Assembly: GCA_002729595.1 (NCBI GenBank)
Contig: PBYL01000160.1
Coordinates: forward strand, 11,957-35,956
From: Thalassovita sp.
GTDB taxonomy: Bacteria; Bacteroidota; Bacteroidia; Cytophagales; Flammeovirgaceae
Reading direction: 5' to 3'
Length of the DNA stretch: 24,000 nt
The notes beneath the pieces were generated by a model that was not told the origin of the DNA, ran no database searches, and saw only the letters and a program-made list of their open reading frames with translations. Position 1 is the stretch's first letter, and each line of letters opens with the position of its first letter. Of the stretch, positions 15,653 through 24,000 are shown piece by piece. Made by a program: the position numbers and the translations under genes.

Positions 15653-15692
15653 AAACCTCTTTCTATAATTCCTTTATAGAAAGAGGTTTTTT
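15653..15692 (+). terminator. rho-independent terminator
   Basis: A perfect 16-bp stem AAACCTCTTTCTATAA / TTATAGAAAGAGGTTT has a 5-nt loop (TTCCT) and runs into a T tract. It lies 27 nt after the TPR gene stop. Confidence 0.85.
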
Positions 15693-15760
15693 GTTAAGTA
15701 TAGATCAGGTTGATGTACTTTTTCTCTTAATAAAAGCACATTAATCAATCCCAACCAACA

Positions 15761-16966
15761 TCAAGTATGACTGGCAAAGAAAGCTTTTTTTCTGGCTACA
15801 ACTAGAACCGCAAAGCAAATAAGACCAATTACTAAATACCCAGCGGCTATTTCTAGCTGATGTGAAGGTTGAAATAAAGCTACCAATCCATAGCTTAGCA
15901 TTGAGGTAACAAGAAACGTTACTCCTCCGACCAATCCGCTGGCAATGCCTGCTGAGCTAGGGAACCTACTGAGTGAATAGGTGAAATAGTTATTAAAGGT
16001 AAAGCCTGCTGCTAGGTGAACCAGAAAGGCAAATGCTAATAGGCTCGCCAAATTAGCCACCATAAAAGAGGTTGCTAACATGGTAACGATGGTAAACAAC
16101 TGTAAAAAATTGGCTAATCTCAGTTTTGGAATAAAGGGTTTATTAATTAAAAATCTGCCTGCAAATCCGCCGCACATCCAAGCTATTCCCATAGCCAAAG
16201 AAGCATAGCCAGTTACCATAGGTGAGTAATCTAAGGTATGCTCGATTATAAAAGGGCCTGTGAGACTATAGAAAATAACAATGCCATAACTTAAACCACA
16301 CATTAAAATGCCTATGGAGAAGTCTGGTGTTTTTAGCATGTTGGAAAACTCCTTCACCAAAAACTCGGGTTTAAAAGAGCTTCTTGTTTTTAAGGTTTCA
16401 CCAGAAAAGAAAACTTCTAAGATAAACAGTAACAAACAGTATACTGCCAAAACTAAAAAGTTAGCTTGCCAACCGTAGTTTTCTTGTAAAAAACCGCCTA
16501 AAAATGGAGCTACAATTGGACCTAAAGACCATACAATCGTCATGATGCTGAGGTAATGTTTACGCTCTTCGCCTTCGTAAACGTCTACAAAAAATGTTCT
16601 TTTCGCTACTACAACTCCACCAGAAAGCACACCATGAAAAGCCCTCATTGCGTAGATAACATAAATATTTTCGGTATTGGCGGTAATCCAAAAGGTGATG
16701 GCAAATAATAGGAGAGACCATGTAGATAATTTGTATCTGCCAAATGCATCAATTAAAGCACCTGCAAAAAACTGAGTAATTCCATAACTAATTAAGAAAA
16801 TGCTGATAGTTAACTGTATGCTAGATTCTGGTAAATTCAGTTCGCTAGCCATGCTAGGCATGGAAGGAATATAAATATCTGTAGCTAATCCAGAAATTGG
16901 TATAATGGCAAAAGCCAAAAAAGTTGCCACACTCCGATGAGCCGGCTTTAGAAATTTGCTTAACAT
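15761..16966 (-). CDS. MFS transporter (Bcr/CflA-type drug-resistance subfamily)
   Basis: The 401-aa protein has about 12 TM segments. GALIDAFGRYK fits MFS motif A (G-x-x-x-D-x-x-G-R-(K/R)) in the loop between TM2 and TM3. Overall organisation resembles Bcr/CflA exporters. Confidence 0.85.
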   Translation of the reverse strand: MLSKFLKPAHRSVATFLAFAIIPISGLATDIYIPSMPSMASELNLPESSIQLTISIFLISYGITQFFAGALIDAFGRYKLSTWSLLLFAITFWITANTENIYVIYAMRAFHGVLSGGVVVAKRTFFVDVYEGEERKHYLSIMTIVWSLGPIVAPFLGGFLQENYGWQANFLVLAVYCLLLFILEVFFSGETLKTRSSFKPEFLVKEFSNMLKTPDFSIGILMCGLSYGIVIFYSLTGPFIIEHTLDYSPMVTGYASLAMGIAWMCGGFAGRFLINKPFIPKLRLANFLQLFTIVTMLATSFMVANLASLLAFAFLVHLAAGFTFNNYFTYSLSRFPSSAGIASGLVGGVTFLVTSMLSYGLVALFQPSHQLEIAAGYLVIGLICFAVLVVARKKAFFASHT

Positions 16967-17221
16967 AGTTTGTTATGAAAAAACTGGGAAAGATTTTAAT
17001 TTAAAGCACTGTCAGACTGTAACTGAATAATATATTGAAAAGTTTCGATATATTGAGAGAGGGTGAAATTATGAATGTCAACGCTTTAAACTTAACATAA
17101 TCATATTTAAGGAGATTTTGTAAATTTCCTAAATATATAGATTAGAAGGGAATAGTTATTCCAGTATTTTAATCGAAGAAAGAATTATATTTCAATTGCT
17201 TAGCTAGAGTGCTGTGATATG

Positions 17222-17602
17222 CTACAAGTTTGTAGAGTTATTTATTTTGAAGGTTTTACCTTTAAATAATATTTTTTTACTATTGAAAATTTTAGCGGTG
17301 TCAATTTTTTGATAAAAATCATCTGGAACATCTGGAACCGCAAAATATGTTTCTTCGCGCAATGTATTCAAAATAATATTTTCACCAATTAAAATATACA
17401 CACCAGAAACTGAGAATTGAGTTCCTTGAATAGTTTGTCCATATATAAATATACTATCAGATTTAAATCTTAAATAACTCTCATCCCTAAAAGGAACATG
17501 ATCTACAATAGAAGTATATGTGCCATTAATAGATTTATATTTAGTTATTTCTTTATTACAACCAATACAAATAAGAATAATAACTACTAATTTTAATTTC
17601 AT
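17222..17602 (-). CDS. small lipoprotein, unknown function
   Basis: MKLKLVVIILICIGCNK contains a lipobox-like sequence (CIGC). The rest of the 126-aa protein has no recognisable motif. Confidence 0.55.
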   Translation of the reverse strand: MKLKLVVIILICIGCNKEITKYKSINGTYTSIVDHVPFRDESYLRFKSDSIFIYGQTIQGTQFSVSGVYILIGENIILNTLREETYFAVPDVPDDFYQKIDTAKIFNSKKILFKGKTFKINNSTNL

Positions 17603-17839
17603 CTTCTAGCAATATGTCTTTTATCAGAATTAGATTTCTTTTTTGAGCATTTAACTTTTAATTAAAATCCCTTTTATCAAGTTTTTTTGAATTTTAATTT
17701 TTGTGCTTTTTTCCCTGTTACCTTTATAAATTTTAGCTTTAACAAAGACATAATCAGCTTTTATTTGCTTTAGCACCATTTCTTTTATCTCAATGTACTT
17801 TTGCAGATCGTCTGGATGTGTACTTATTGTGCTGTATCT

Positions 17840-18466
17840 CTACTCCGTCGAGACTTCTAGTTTTATAGTTGTTAATGTTCTTGTCTTTTTATTTTCAAAA
17901 GTTTTGAGAGTTACATAATACCATTGATTTTCAGGAATATCAATTTTGAAAACCTCATCTACTTTATGGTCACGCACTGCATTCTCAAATTCTGATACCA
18001 TATCTCCTTCTTTGAACCAACCTAAGTCTCCATTACTAGGATTTCTATCCATATTATATTTTTTATGTAATTCAGAAAAAGGTACGCCATTGCTTAATTG
18101 CTTTATAACCAGATCACGCAAAGAATCAATTTGTGTCACTTCTAATCTATTTCCATCGAAAAATATATAGCTTACTCTAAATTCAAGTGCTGTATTTTCT
18201 TCGATAGCTTTGTAGTAGATTATTTTTGTTGGCTCTTTTATTTTTAAAGTTTCACCTATCTGCAGATCTCTAAGTGATTTCTCGAAAGTGGAATCATTGG
18301 AGTTTACTTCATAAATTTCAACATCCCAATCAGGCTGTTTTTCTTGTAACTTTAAAGCATCTTCTATTGATGAGACTTGTTTGAATTGCGTTTTAATCTC
18401 TTTTTTGTTTTGGCCTAAGAGTGTTAAATATGAGAATAGTAATACAAATATTAGGATACTTTTCAT
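17840..18466 (-). CDS. secreted parvulin-type peptidyl-prolyl cis-trans isomerase (PpiC/SurA-like rotamase domain)
   Basis: The signal peptide is MKSILIFVLLFSYLTLLGQ. The C-terminal GDLGWFKEGDMVSEFENAV matches the parvulin core signature (G-D-L-G-W-F-x-x-G-x-M-V-x-E-F). Confidence 0.8.
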   Translation of the reverse strand: MKSILIFVLLFSYLTLLGQNKKEIKTQFKQVSSIEDALKLQEKQPDWDVEIYEVNSNDSTFEKSLRDLQIGETLKIKEPTKIIYYKAIEENTALEFRVSYIFFDGNRLEVTQIDSLRDLVIKQLSNGVPFSELHKKYNMDRNPSNGDLGWFKEGDMVSEFENAVRDHKVDEVFKIDIPENQWYYVTLKTFENKKTRTLTTIKLEVSTE

Positions 18467-18533
18467 GCTTGATTATTTATCTGGTAACTTAACTAAAAAG
18501 CAGTTTTCTCTTATTGTGAAATTATTGATGGAT

Positions 18534-19061
18534 TTAAATTCGTTCTTTTGTTAAATAAAAGAATTCTCTTTCTAATTCGTGTTTAAGTTTAGTTATACTC
18601 TTACGCATCATTATATAGGGCATTCCTAGCATAAACAAACTATGAAATAGTATAAATGGAAATACAAATTCTTGTGCATTACCATTAATTTTTTCTGCTG
18701 ATAGAATAGCGAAAACAATAGAGGTATAAATGATTATACAAAAGATATAGTATGGTATCATTAAATTATTAAAGCCATTTATTTCAGTATTTATAAACAG
18801 TAGTTTATCTTTTTGAATAAATACACCACTTGCTTGAGCCATACTAATATTTGAATCAAAAAACTTTCTTTTGGGTTTGATTTTAAAACCGTCTGAGTTT
18901 ACATATCCCCTATATTCTTTTTTACTAGAAAACATATCTAAAAATGAGCTGTTCCCCTCGTCAACAGTTTCTTTTAATCGATTCGCAAAAGTCGATTGCG
19001 GTATTTCTAACTCAGTTTGGAGAAAATCTATGAGTTTTAATTTCAATAATAGCTTTTTCAC
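18534..19061 (-). CDS. hypothetical membrane protein (soluble N-domain plus two C-terminal TM segments)
   Basis: The 175-aa ORF has hydrophobic segments MIPYYIFCIIIYTSIVFAILS and FVFPFILFHSLFMLGMPYIMM. I recognise no motif. Confidence 0.5.
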   Translation of the reverse strand: MKKLLLKLKLIDFLQTELEIPQSTFANRLKETVDEGNSSFLDMFSSKKEYRGYVNSDGFKIKPKRKFFDSNISMAQASGVFIQKDKLLFINTEINGFNNLMIPYYIFCIIIYTSIVFAILSAEKINGNAQEFVFPFILFHSLFMLGMPYIMMRKSITKLKHELEREFFYLTKERI

Positions 19062-19133
19062 AATGGAAGTAGCTTGTTAGGACTGTAATTAGTATTTCTG
19101 CTTTATAAGAAACTGCTTTCTTTTTTAATCTTT

Positions 19134-19511
19134 TCAGATATCATTTTTATTAAATTTGTTCCTATTATAAGAAATAATGATTAATAAAATTGATGAGCAT
19201 GTAAATACAAAAATACCTAGAATGTTTATATTATATTTATTTAATCCAAGCGTACCTAGTCCATAAAATGAAACTACAAAAAATATTTTTTGTAACTTAT
19301 CTCCATTCTTATCAATTGAAAATAAGAAATACATAATAGCAGTAATGGTTAGAAAGCCAATTGATGGTTTAATATATGAAAAATCATCATATTCTGAATC
19401 ATTATAAAATGAATGATAAGTTTCTACTAAATATGTAAAAGTATAATATACTCCAATCAATGAAAGAAACTTCACAATATAATCTAATATTAAAAATAAT
19501 TTATTTTGCAT
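19134..19511 (-). CDS. hypothetical small polytopic membrane protein
   Basis: The 125-aa ORF has three to four hydrophobic segments and no recognisable motif. Its codon usage is very AT-rich. Confidence 0.5.
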   Translation of the reverse strand: MQNKLFLILDYIVKFLSLIGVYYTFTYLVETYHSFYNDSEYDDFSYIKPSIGFLTITAIMYFLFSIDKNGDKLQKIFFVVSFYGLGTLGLNKYNINILGIFVFTCSSILLIIISYNRNKFNKNDI

Positions 19512-19692
19512 TTTTAATGAAGCCCAAGTTTTGTTCCGTAATTAGCTTTGTATTTTACTGTAAAAGTTGACAATTTTTTGCTCTATATATCTACAGGTAT
19601 GACTCTAACTTTCACAGTTCTAACCATATTATCATTATAAGCATATTCTTTGGTTTTATTATTCTTAATCAATATTATTCTTGTAATCAACT

Positions 19693-20694
19693 TTATTCAA
19701 GTAGTGCTACGATTGTTTTTCTTTTAAGCTTTCCTTGTAGCATTAAGTCAATTTTAGCTTGTAAACCATCAAGTTTAACCTCATTATATGTTTCTGTAAG
19801 ATTAGCAGGCTTCCAATTATTAGCTAGTTGTTCCCAAATTTTTGTTCTGTATTGCATGGGGAAATTTTGAGAATCAATTCCAATAAGCGTAACTCCACGC
19901 AGGATTAATGGAAATACTGTTAAATCTAGTTTTGGTGAAGCCACATTTCCGCAGCAGGTTACAGCTCCCATCGCTTTAGTAGATTTAATGATGTTTTCTA
20001 AAATTACTCCGCCCACAGTGTCGATAGCTCCGGCAAATACTGTTTTAAGTAAAGGTTTTTTATCGAAGTTTTCAATCTCGCTACGTAGCAAAATTTCTTT
20101 AGCTCCCAAGTTCATTAAATGGTCTTTTTCAGATTCCTTACCGGTTATGGCCACAACTGAATAGCCCAACTTACTCAATATAGAAACACTTAATGCCCCT
20201 ACTCCACCAGTTGCTCCAGAAACAGCAATCTTTCCATCTTCTGGTTTTACTAATTGAATCAGTCTTGAAACAGACATGCCAGCGGTTAACCCGGCAGTAC
20301 CATAAATCATGGCGTCTTTCATGCTCATTCGTTCTGGTAGTTTTACAGCCCATTCGACAGGTACCTGAATGTACTCTGCAAAACCTCCATCGGTGTTCAT
20401 GCCCAAATCATAACTGGTTACAATTACTGCATCGCCCACATTGTATTGGCTGCTGGTAGACTCCTCTATCACCCCAACTGCATCGATACCTGGTGTATGC
20501 GGATAGTTTCTAGTGACCCCTTTGTTGCCCGAAGCAGATAAGGCGTCTTTATAGTTTAATGAGCTGTAATGTACTTTTACACGAATTTCATTTTCTTTTA
20601 AAGAGCTAAATTTCATTTCTTTAATTGAACTCATGTAATTACCATTTTCTTCTTCTACTCGAAAAGCTTTAAATGTTGATTTTGTATGTTGCAT
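19693..20694 (-). CDS. YhdH/YhfP (AcuI-type) NADPH:quinone/acrylyl-CoA reductase, MDR superfamily
   Basis: [37 protein letters not shown] matches E. coli YhdH [37 protein letters not shown] closely. [13 protein letters not shown] is the nucleotide-binding loop. GAIDTVGG and [22 protein letters not shown] also parallel YhdH. Confidence 0.92.
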   Translation of the reverse strand: [333 protein letters not shown]

Positions 20695-20831
20695 CTTTGG
20701 TCTATTTATTTTTGCTTATTTTTATCTAAAGTTTATGATAAATAGGCTATAAATCAACAACTTACAAAAAGTTGGCTTACGAACATTTGTTTCTGAATTA
20801 GTGGTTTTCAGTGAGTTAAGAGATTAAAAAA

Positions 20832-21158
20832 ATGAAAAAAAGTTATTGTCCTATCGATACGTTTATTAATGTGTTTAAAGGAAAGCGCAAAGCGACAATT
20901 ATTCTACATTTGTTTCAGGGAGATAAGCGATACAACAAATTAGCAAAACTATTGCCCGATATAAGTGAGCGTATGCTTACAAAACAATTGAAAGAATTAG
21001 AGACTGATGGCTTAATTAAGCGTACTGTTTTTCCTGAAGTTCCTCCCAGAGTAGAATATAGTTTAACAGACTTGGGCAGAGAAATCCATCCTGTTTTAAA
21101 AGGTATGTATAAAGGTGGAATGCTCTTCGAAAAAGTAATTGAGGATTATCAGGATTGA
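20832..21158 (+). CDS. HxlR-family winged-helix transcriptional regulator
   Basis: The 108-aa protein has CPIDTFINVFKGKRKATIILHL...RYNKLAKLLPDISERMLTKQLKELETDGLIKRTVFPEVPPRVEYSLTDLG, the HxlR/DUF24 pattern. It is divergent from an oxidoreductase, the usual context for this family. Confidence 0.9.
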   Translation: MKKSYCPIDTFINVFKGKRKATIILHLFQGDKRYNKLAKLLPDISERMLTKQLKELETDGLIKRTVFPEVPPRVEYSLTDLGREIHPVLKGMYKGGMLFEKVIEDYQD

Positions 21159-21163
21159 TTTCT

Positions 21164-21991
21164 TTACTCCCCAGAACCCACTCTTAAATTTTGCTTTCTA
21201 AACTCTGCCGGGCGTATGTGCACCACTTGCTCAAATACATTGCTAAAGGCGGCAACATTGCTGTAGCCACATCCATATGCAATCTCGCTAATGGTTTGGT
21301 TGGTTTCCAACAGCATTTCAATGCTTTTAATAATTCTGGTCATTTTTACATATTGCAGAAAAGAAACATCAATTTCTTTGCGAAACAAGCGTGATAATGT
21401 TCTTGAACTCAGCCCAAAAGTTCTGGCAACTTCGTTAAGTTTTAAGGTATCATCTATGTTTTGGTGGATATGTCTTAAGATAAGTCTTAATTGAGCATTT
21501 TTTGTTGTGGGCAAAGCCAGTGGCAGCGGTGTTCTAGAAACTGCCAAAAGTACATTTCTAATAGCAATTAAAAATTGATATTGCTGCTCATCAGTATTTG
21601 TAAAACCACCACGCCAGTTTTCTGTGTATACAATCATTTCCATTATTAGATTGGTAACAGGGTAAATCCCCATTTTTCTAAGCCGCTCATCTTGTGGAAA
21701 TAATTCGGGTGGAAAATACAGATTCCGAACCATTACGATCGAAGTACGCAATTCAACATTGTGTCGCATACCAGCCGGAACCCAAACAAAATGTCGTGCC
21801 GGCAAGAAGTAAGAATTAGTAGGTGTATTTAAAAAAGCAATACCTCCTTCCACATAGCTTAACTGGTGCTTGTTGTGCGAATGAATGGGTAATTGTTCTT
21901 CTATCTTGGTGTGATGCACATAAATACTCTTTGCATCAGTATCTACATTATTAAGAAATTTTAAACCCCCAGAGCTGATATCCATATCCAT
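21164..21991 (-). CDS. AraC-family transcriptional regulator (N-terminal cupin, C-terminal HTH)
   Basis: The cupin-like N-terminal half is HSHNKHQLSYVEGG...WVPAGMRHN. The C-terminal AraC HTH pair is LNEVARTFGLSSRTLSRLFRK...ISEIAYGCGYSNVAAFSNVFEQVVHIRPAEFRK. Confidence 0.9.
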   Translation of the reverse strand: MDMDISSGGLKFLNNVDTDAKSIYVHHTKIEEQLPIHSHNKHQLSYVEGGIAFLNTPTNSYFLPARHFVWVPAGMRHNVELRTSIVMVRNLYFPPELFPQDERLRKMGIYPVTNLIMEMIVYTENWRGGFTNTDEQQYQFLIAIRNVLLAVSRTPLPLALPTTKNAQLRLILRHIHQNIDDTLKLNEVARTFGLSSRTLSRLFRKEIDVSFLQYVKMTRIIKSIEMLLETNQTISEIAYGCGYSNVAAFSNVFEQVVHIRPAEFRKQNLRVGSGE

Positions 21992-22080
21992 TGGCTCAAA
22001 TTAATAAATATTTGACTATTTACATAAAACAAGACGAGTGAATTCTCTCGAACTTTGCACAAAACCCATGAATCACTAAA

Positions 22081-23412
22081 ATGAAAAAATATATTTATTT
22101 ACTATATGGTATACTTCTGATCAGTTACCATATATCTACAGCACAAATAACGAATACCGATACAGTTCTAATTAGCATAGATGAGGCTTGGCAAAAGGCT
22201 TACAATAATAGCAAAGAGTTAAAAGAACAAGATTTAAAAACAGCTATTGGAGAAGAAAATATTAAGGATGCAAAGATGCAGATTTTGCCGCATGTTGGCG
22301 TAGAGGCTCAATATGGTAAGCTAGCGAATATTCCCATTTTCGTAGATGGTATAACAAACGTCCCTGAATATGTACCGCTTACAGACCATAGCATTTATCA
22401 TGTAAATGCAGAAGCATACTTTAATATATATAGCGGTGGAGCGACCAAAACTGCGATTAAAACTGCCGAAGCCAAACAAGCACTTTTAGAACATATAAAA
22501 GAAGAAACTACAGATCAACTTCATTTAGAGGTAATTCAACATTATCTGGATTTGCAACGCTTTTTTAAGTTTAAAGACCTCATAAAACATAACATAAAAC
22601 AAAGTGAAGAGCGCCTGCGACTGATTACAGAATTGCATAAAAACGGAGTGGTTTTAAAGAGTGATTTGCTTAGAGCACAATTACAACTTTCTAAGCAGCA
22701 GACTCAATTGGTTACAATGGATAATAACATTGTTTTGGCTACTCAATCTTTAAATATTTTGATGGGAAATGACGATGATATTCCGCTCATGCCTGCAGAT
22801 AGTATTGAGCTGAAAAACATTTCAGTATCTAAAGATTACTACAGTTATGTAGATGCAAGTTTCACGCATTCTCCATTAGAAAAAATGGCTGAAACCGAAA
22901 TTACACTTAGTGAATTAAATTCAGCAGCACTAAAGGCAGACAAGAAACCGAAAATAGGTTTGTTTGGTACTTATAGTTATTCCTATCCGCAAATTATGCT
23001 TTACCCCTACGAGATGTCACCTTACTTATTAGGTATGGCAGGGGTTAGATTGACCTACGATATTTCAGCACTTTATCACGATAAGCACAAAGAAAGAGCA
23101 GCTGAAATTGCAATAGAGCATCAAAGAGTAGCGAAAGAAAATGTAGAAGATGCTATCAGAAAAAAGATTAAAACTGCTTACAAACGATTCGAAGAAGATT
23201 TGCAAAAGGTAGAGGTTTCTAAAAATAACATTGAACAGGCACAAGAAAACTACCGCATTGTAGACCAGACTTACTTTAACCAACTGGCATTATTAACCGA
23301 CTTATTGGATGCAGACAATCAATTATTACAAGCCAGATTTGAACTGATTGACAACCAGATCGCAGCAAAACTTCACTACTACCAATTAATAAAAACATCA
23401 GGAGAATTATAA
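22081..23412 (+). CDS. TolC-family outer-membrane efflux protein
   Basis: The signal peptide is MKKYIYLLYGILLISYHISTAQ. Two internally repeated coiled-coil/beta halves typical of OEP/TolC are present (…LLRAQLQLSKQQTQLV… and …LLDADNQLLQARFELIDNQ…). The stop overlaps the next gene start (TAATG). Confidence 0.88.
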   Translation: MKKYIYLLYGILLISYHISTAQITNTDTVLISIDEAWQKAYNNSKELKEQDLKTAIGEENIKDAKMQILPHVGVEAQYGKLANIPIFVDGITNVPEYVPLTDHSIYHVNAEAYFNIYSGGATKTAIKTAEAKQALLEHIKEETTDQLHLEVIQHYLDLQRFFKFKDLIKHNIKQSEERLRLITELHKNGVVLKSDLLRAQLQLSKQQTQLVTMDNNIVLATQSLNILMGNDDDIPLMPADSIELKNISVSKDYYSYVDASFTHSPLEKMAETEITLSELNSAALKADKKPKIGLFGTYSYSYPQIMLYPYEMSPYLLGMAGVRLTYDISALYHDKHKERAAEIAIEHQRVAKENVEDAIRKKIKTAYKRFEEDLQKVEVSKNNIEQAQENYRIVDQTYFNQLALLTDLLDADNQLLQARFELIDNQIAAKLHYYQLIKTSGEL

Positions 23413-24000
23413 TGAACGCACAGCTAAACACATACGAAAAAACAGATAGAATTGTAGTGAGAATTACCTATCTGATTGCATTGCTTATCTTAATCGGGTT
23501 GATTATTTGGGGCGCAAGAACTGCTTATCACCATTGGAAATACGAGTATACCAACGATGCTCAAGTGCAAGAATACATCAATCCGATACTGAGCAGAGCA
23601 AATGGTTATGTACAAGAAATCAGATATAAAGATCACCAGCAGGTGGCTAAAGGAGATACCTTGGTGATTCTCGATCGCGACGAAGCATTGGTGCAAAAAG
23701 AATTGGCAAAAGCTGCCTTAAGTGCTGCCAATGCACAGCTTAGAGTTTTGGAAAGTAATGTAAATACTTCTTCAAACAACTCGGGTATAAACAAAGCGAA
23801 GATTAATGCTGCCGAAGCACAATTATGGCAACAGCAAGAAGAGTTTAAACGCTACAAAAATTTGTTGGAAAATGAAGCCGTAACCCAACAGCGCTTCGAA
23901 GATATTAAAACAAAACTCAAAGTGGCAGAGGCAAATTTTGAGTCGATGAAGCAAACATATCAGACTTCTTTAAGCCAAACCAAAGATGTAAAAGCCCAAA
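23412..24000 (+). CDS. HlyD/EmrA-family membrane-fusion (periplasmic adaptor) protein, 3'-truncated by the window edge
   Basis: This ORF is not in the track because it has no stop inside the window. My hand translation from the ATG at 23412 is MNAQLNTYEKTDRIVVRITYLIALLILIGLIIWGARTAYHHWKYEYTNDAQVQEYINPILSRANGYVQEIRYKDHQQVAKGDTLVILD..., followed by coiled-coil sequence. That gives a TM anchor, the T-(N/D)-(D/N)-A-x-V lead-in and a lipoyl-like hairpin, as in EmrA/HlyD adaptors. Confidence 0.85.
   Translation, partial: MNAQLNTYEKTDRIVVRITYLIALLILIGLIIWGARTAYHHWKYEYTNDAQVQEYINPILSRANGYVQEIRYKDHQQVAKGDTLVILDRDEALVQKELAKAALSAANAQLRVLESNVNTSSNNSGINKAKINAAEAQLWQQQEEFKRYKNLLENEAVTQQRFEDIKTKLKVAEANFESMKQTYQTSLSQTKDVKAQ

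Noticed and set aside
17946-23696. Remaining short ORFs that are antisense or overlapping and out of frame: 17946..18170, 18871..19080, 20171..20353, 20193..20459, 21191..21394, 21291..21494, 23065..23283 and 23490..23696; also 9902..10123, which lies outside this span
   Set aside because: Each is embedded in a longer ORF that is better supported, either by recognisable family motifs (PPIase, YhdH-type reductase, AraC, TolC, HlyD) or, for the hypothetical proteins, by length, signal-peptide or TM features. 23490..23696 lies opposite the HlyD-type gene, which the track omits only because that gene has no stop in the window.
1-24000. CRISPR arrays, tRNA/rRNA genes, IS elements
   Set aside because: I scanned the intergenic regions on both strands. 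I found no regularly spaced direct repeats, no GC-rich cloverleaf-sized segments, and no transposase-like ORFs or terminal inverted repeats.

Overview
This is a 24-kb chromosomal segment with about 25 protein-coding genes. I found no rRNA, tRNA, CRISPR array, transposase or integrase. The style looks like an AT-rich Bacteroidota genome (Cytophagia/Flavobacteriia-like): there are no Shine-Dalgarno sequences before starts, many SpI/SpII signal peptides, a TAnnTTTG-like promoter box, a DUF5916-type outer-membrane protein and a formylglycine-type sulfatase. This taxonomic call is an inference, not a search result.

Recognisable content, left to right:
- a 5'-truncated DUF5916/CBM9-like protein;
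- a lipoprotein arylsulfatase;
- a membrane-anchored di-heme cytochrome c, divergent from a two-gene molybdenum hydroxylase (2Fe-2S small subunit plus TAT-exported molybdopterin large subunit, IorAB/aldehyde-oxidoreductase type);
- a multi-pass membrane protein followed by an orphan excisionase-type HTH;
- several orphan secreted or membrane proteins;
- a minus-strand cluster of secreted retropepsin-like aspartic protease, Lgt-family (diacylglyceryl-transferase fold) membrane protein, zinc-ribbon radical SAM enzyme, 64-aa two-TM protein and coiled-coil membrane protein;
- a secreted protein with nine TPR repeats;
- an MFS (Bcr/CflA-like) transporter;
- an AT-rich stretch of small orphans plus a secreted parvulin PPIase;
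- a YhdH/AcuI-type quinone oxidoreductase divergent from an HxlR regulator;
- an AraC regulator divergent from a TolC/HlyD efflux operon that runs off the right edge.

The best candidate for an undescribed system is the tightly coupled Lgt-like / radical SAM / mini-membrane-protein module at 11282-13600, with its flanking protease and coiled-coil protein. Its domain logic suggests membrane-lipid or lipoprotein tailoring. This pairing is not a described pathway that I know of. All family assignments come from motifs read by eye and from memory, not from database searches.
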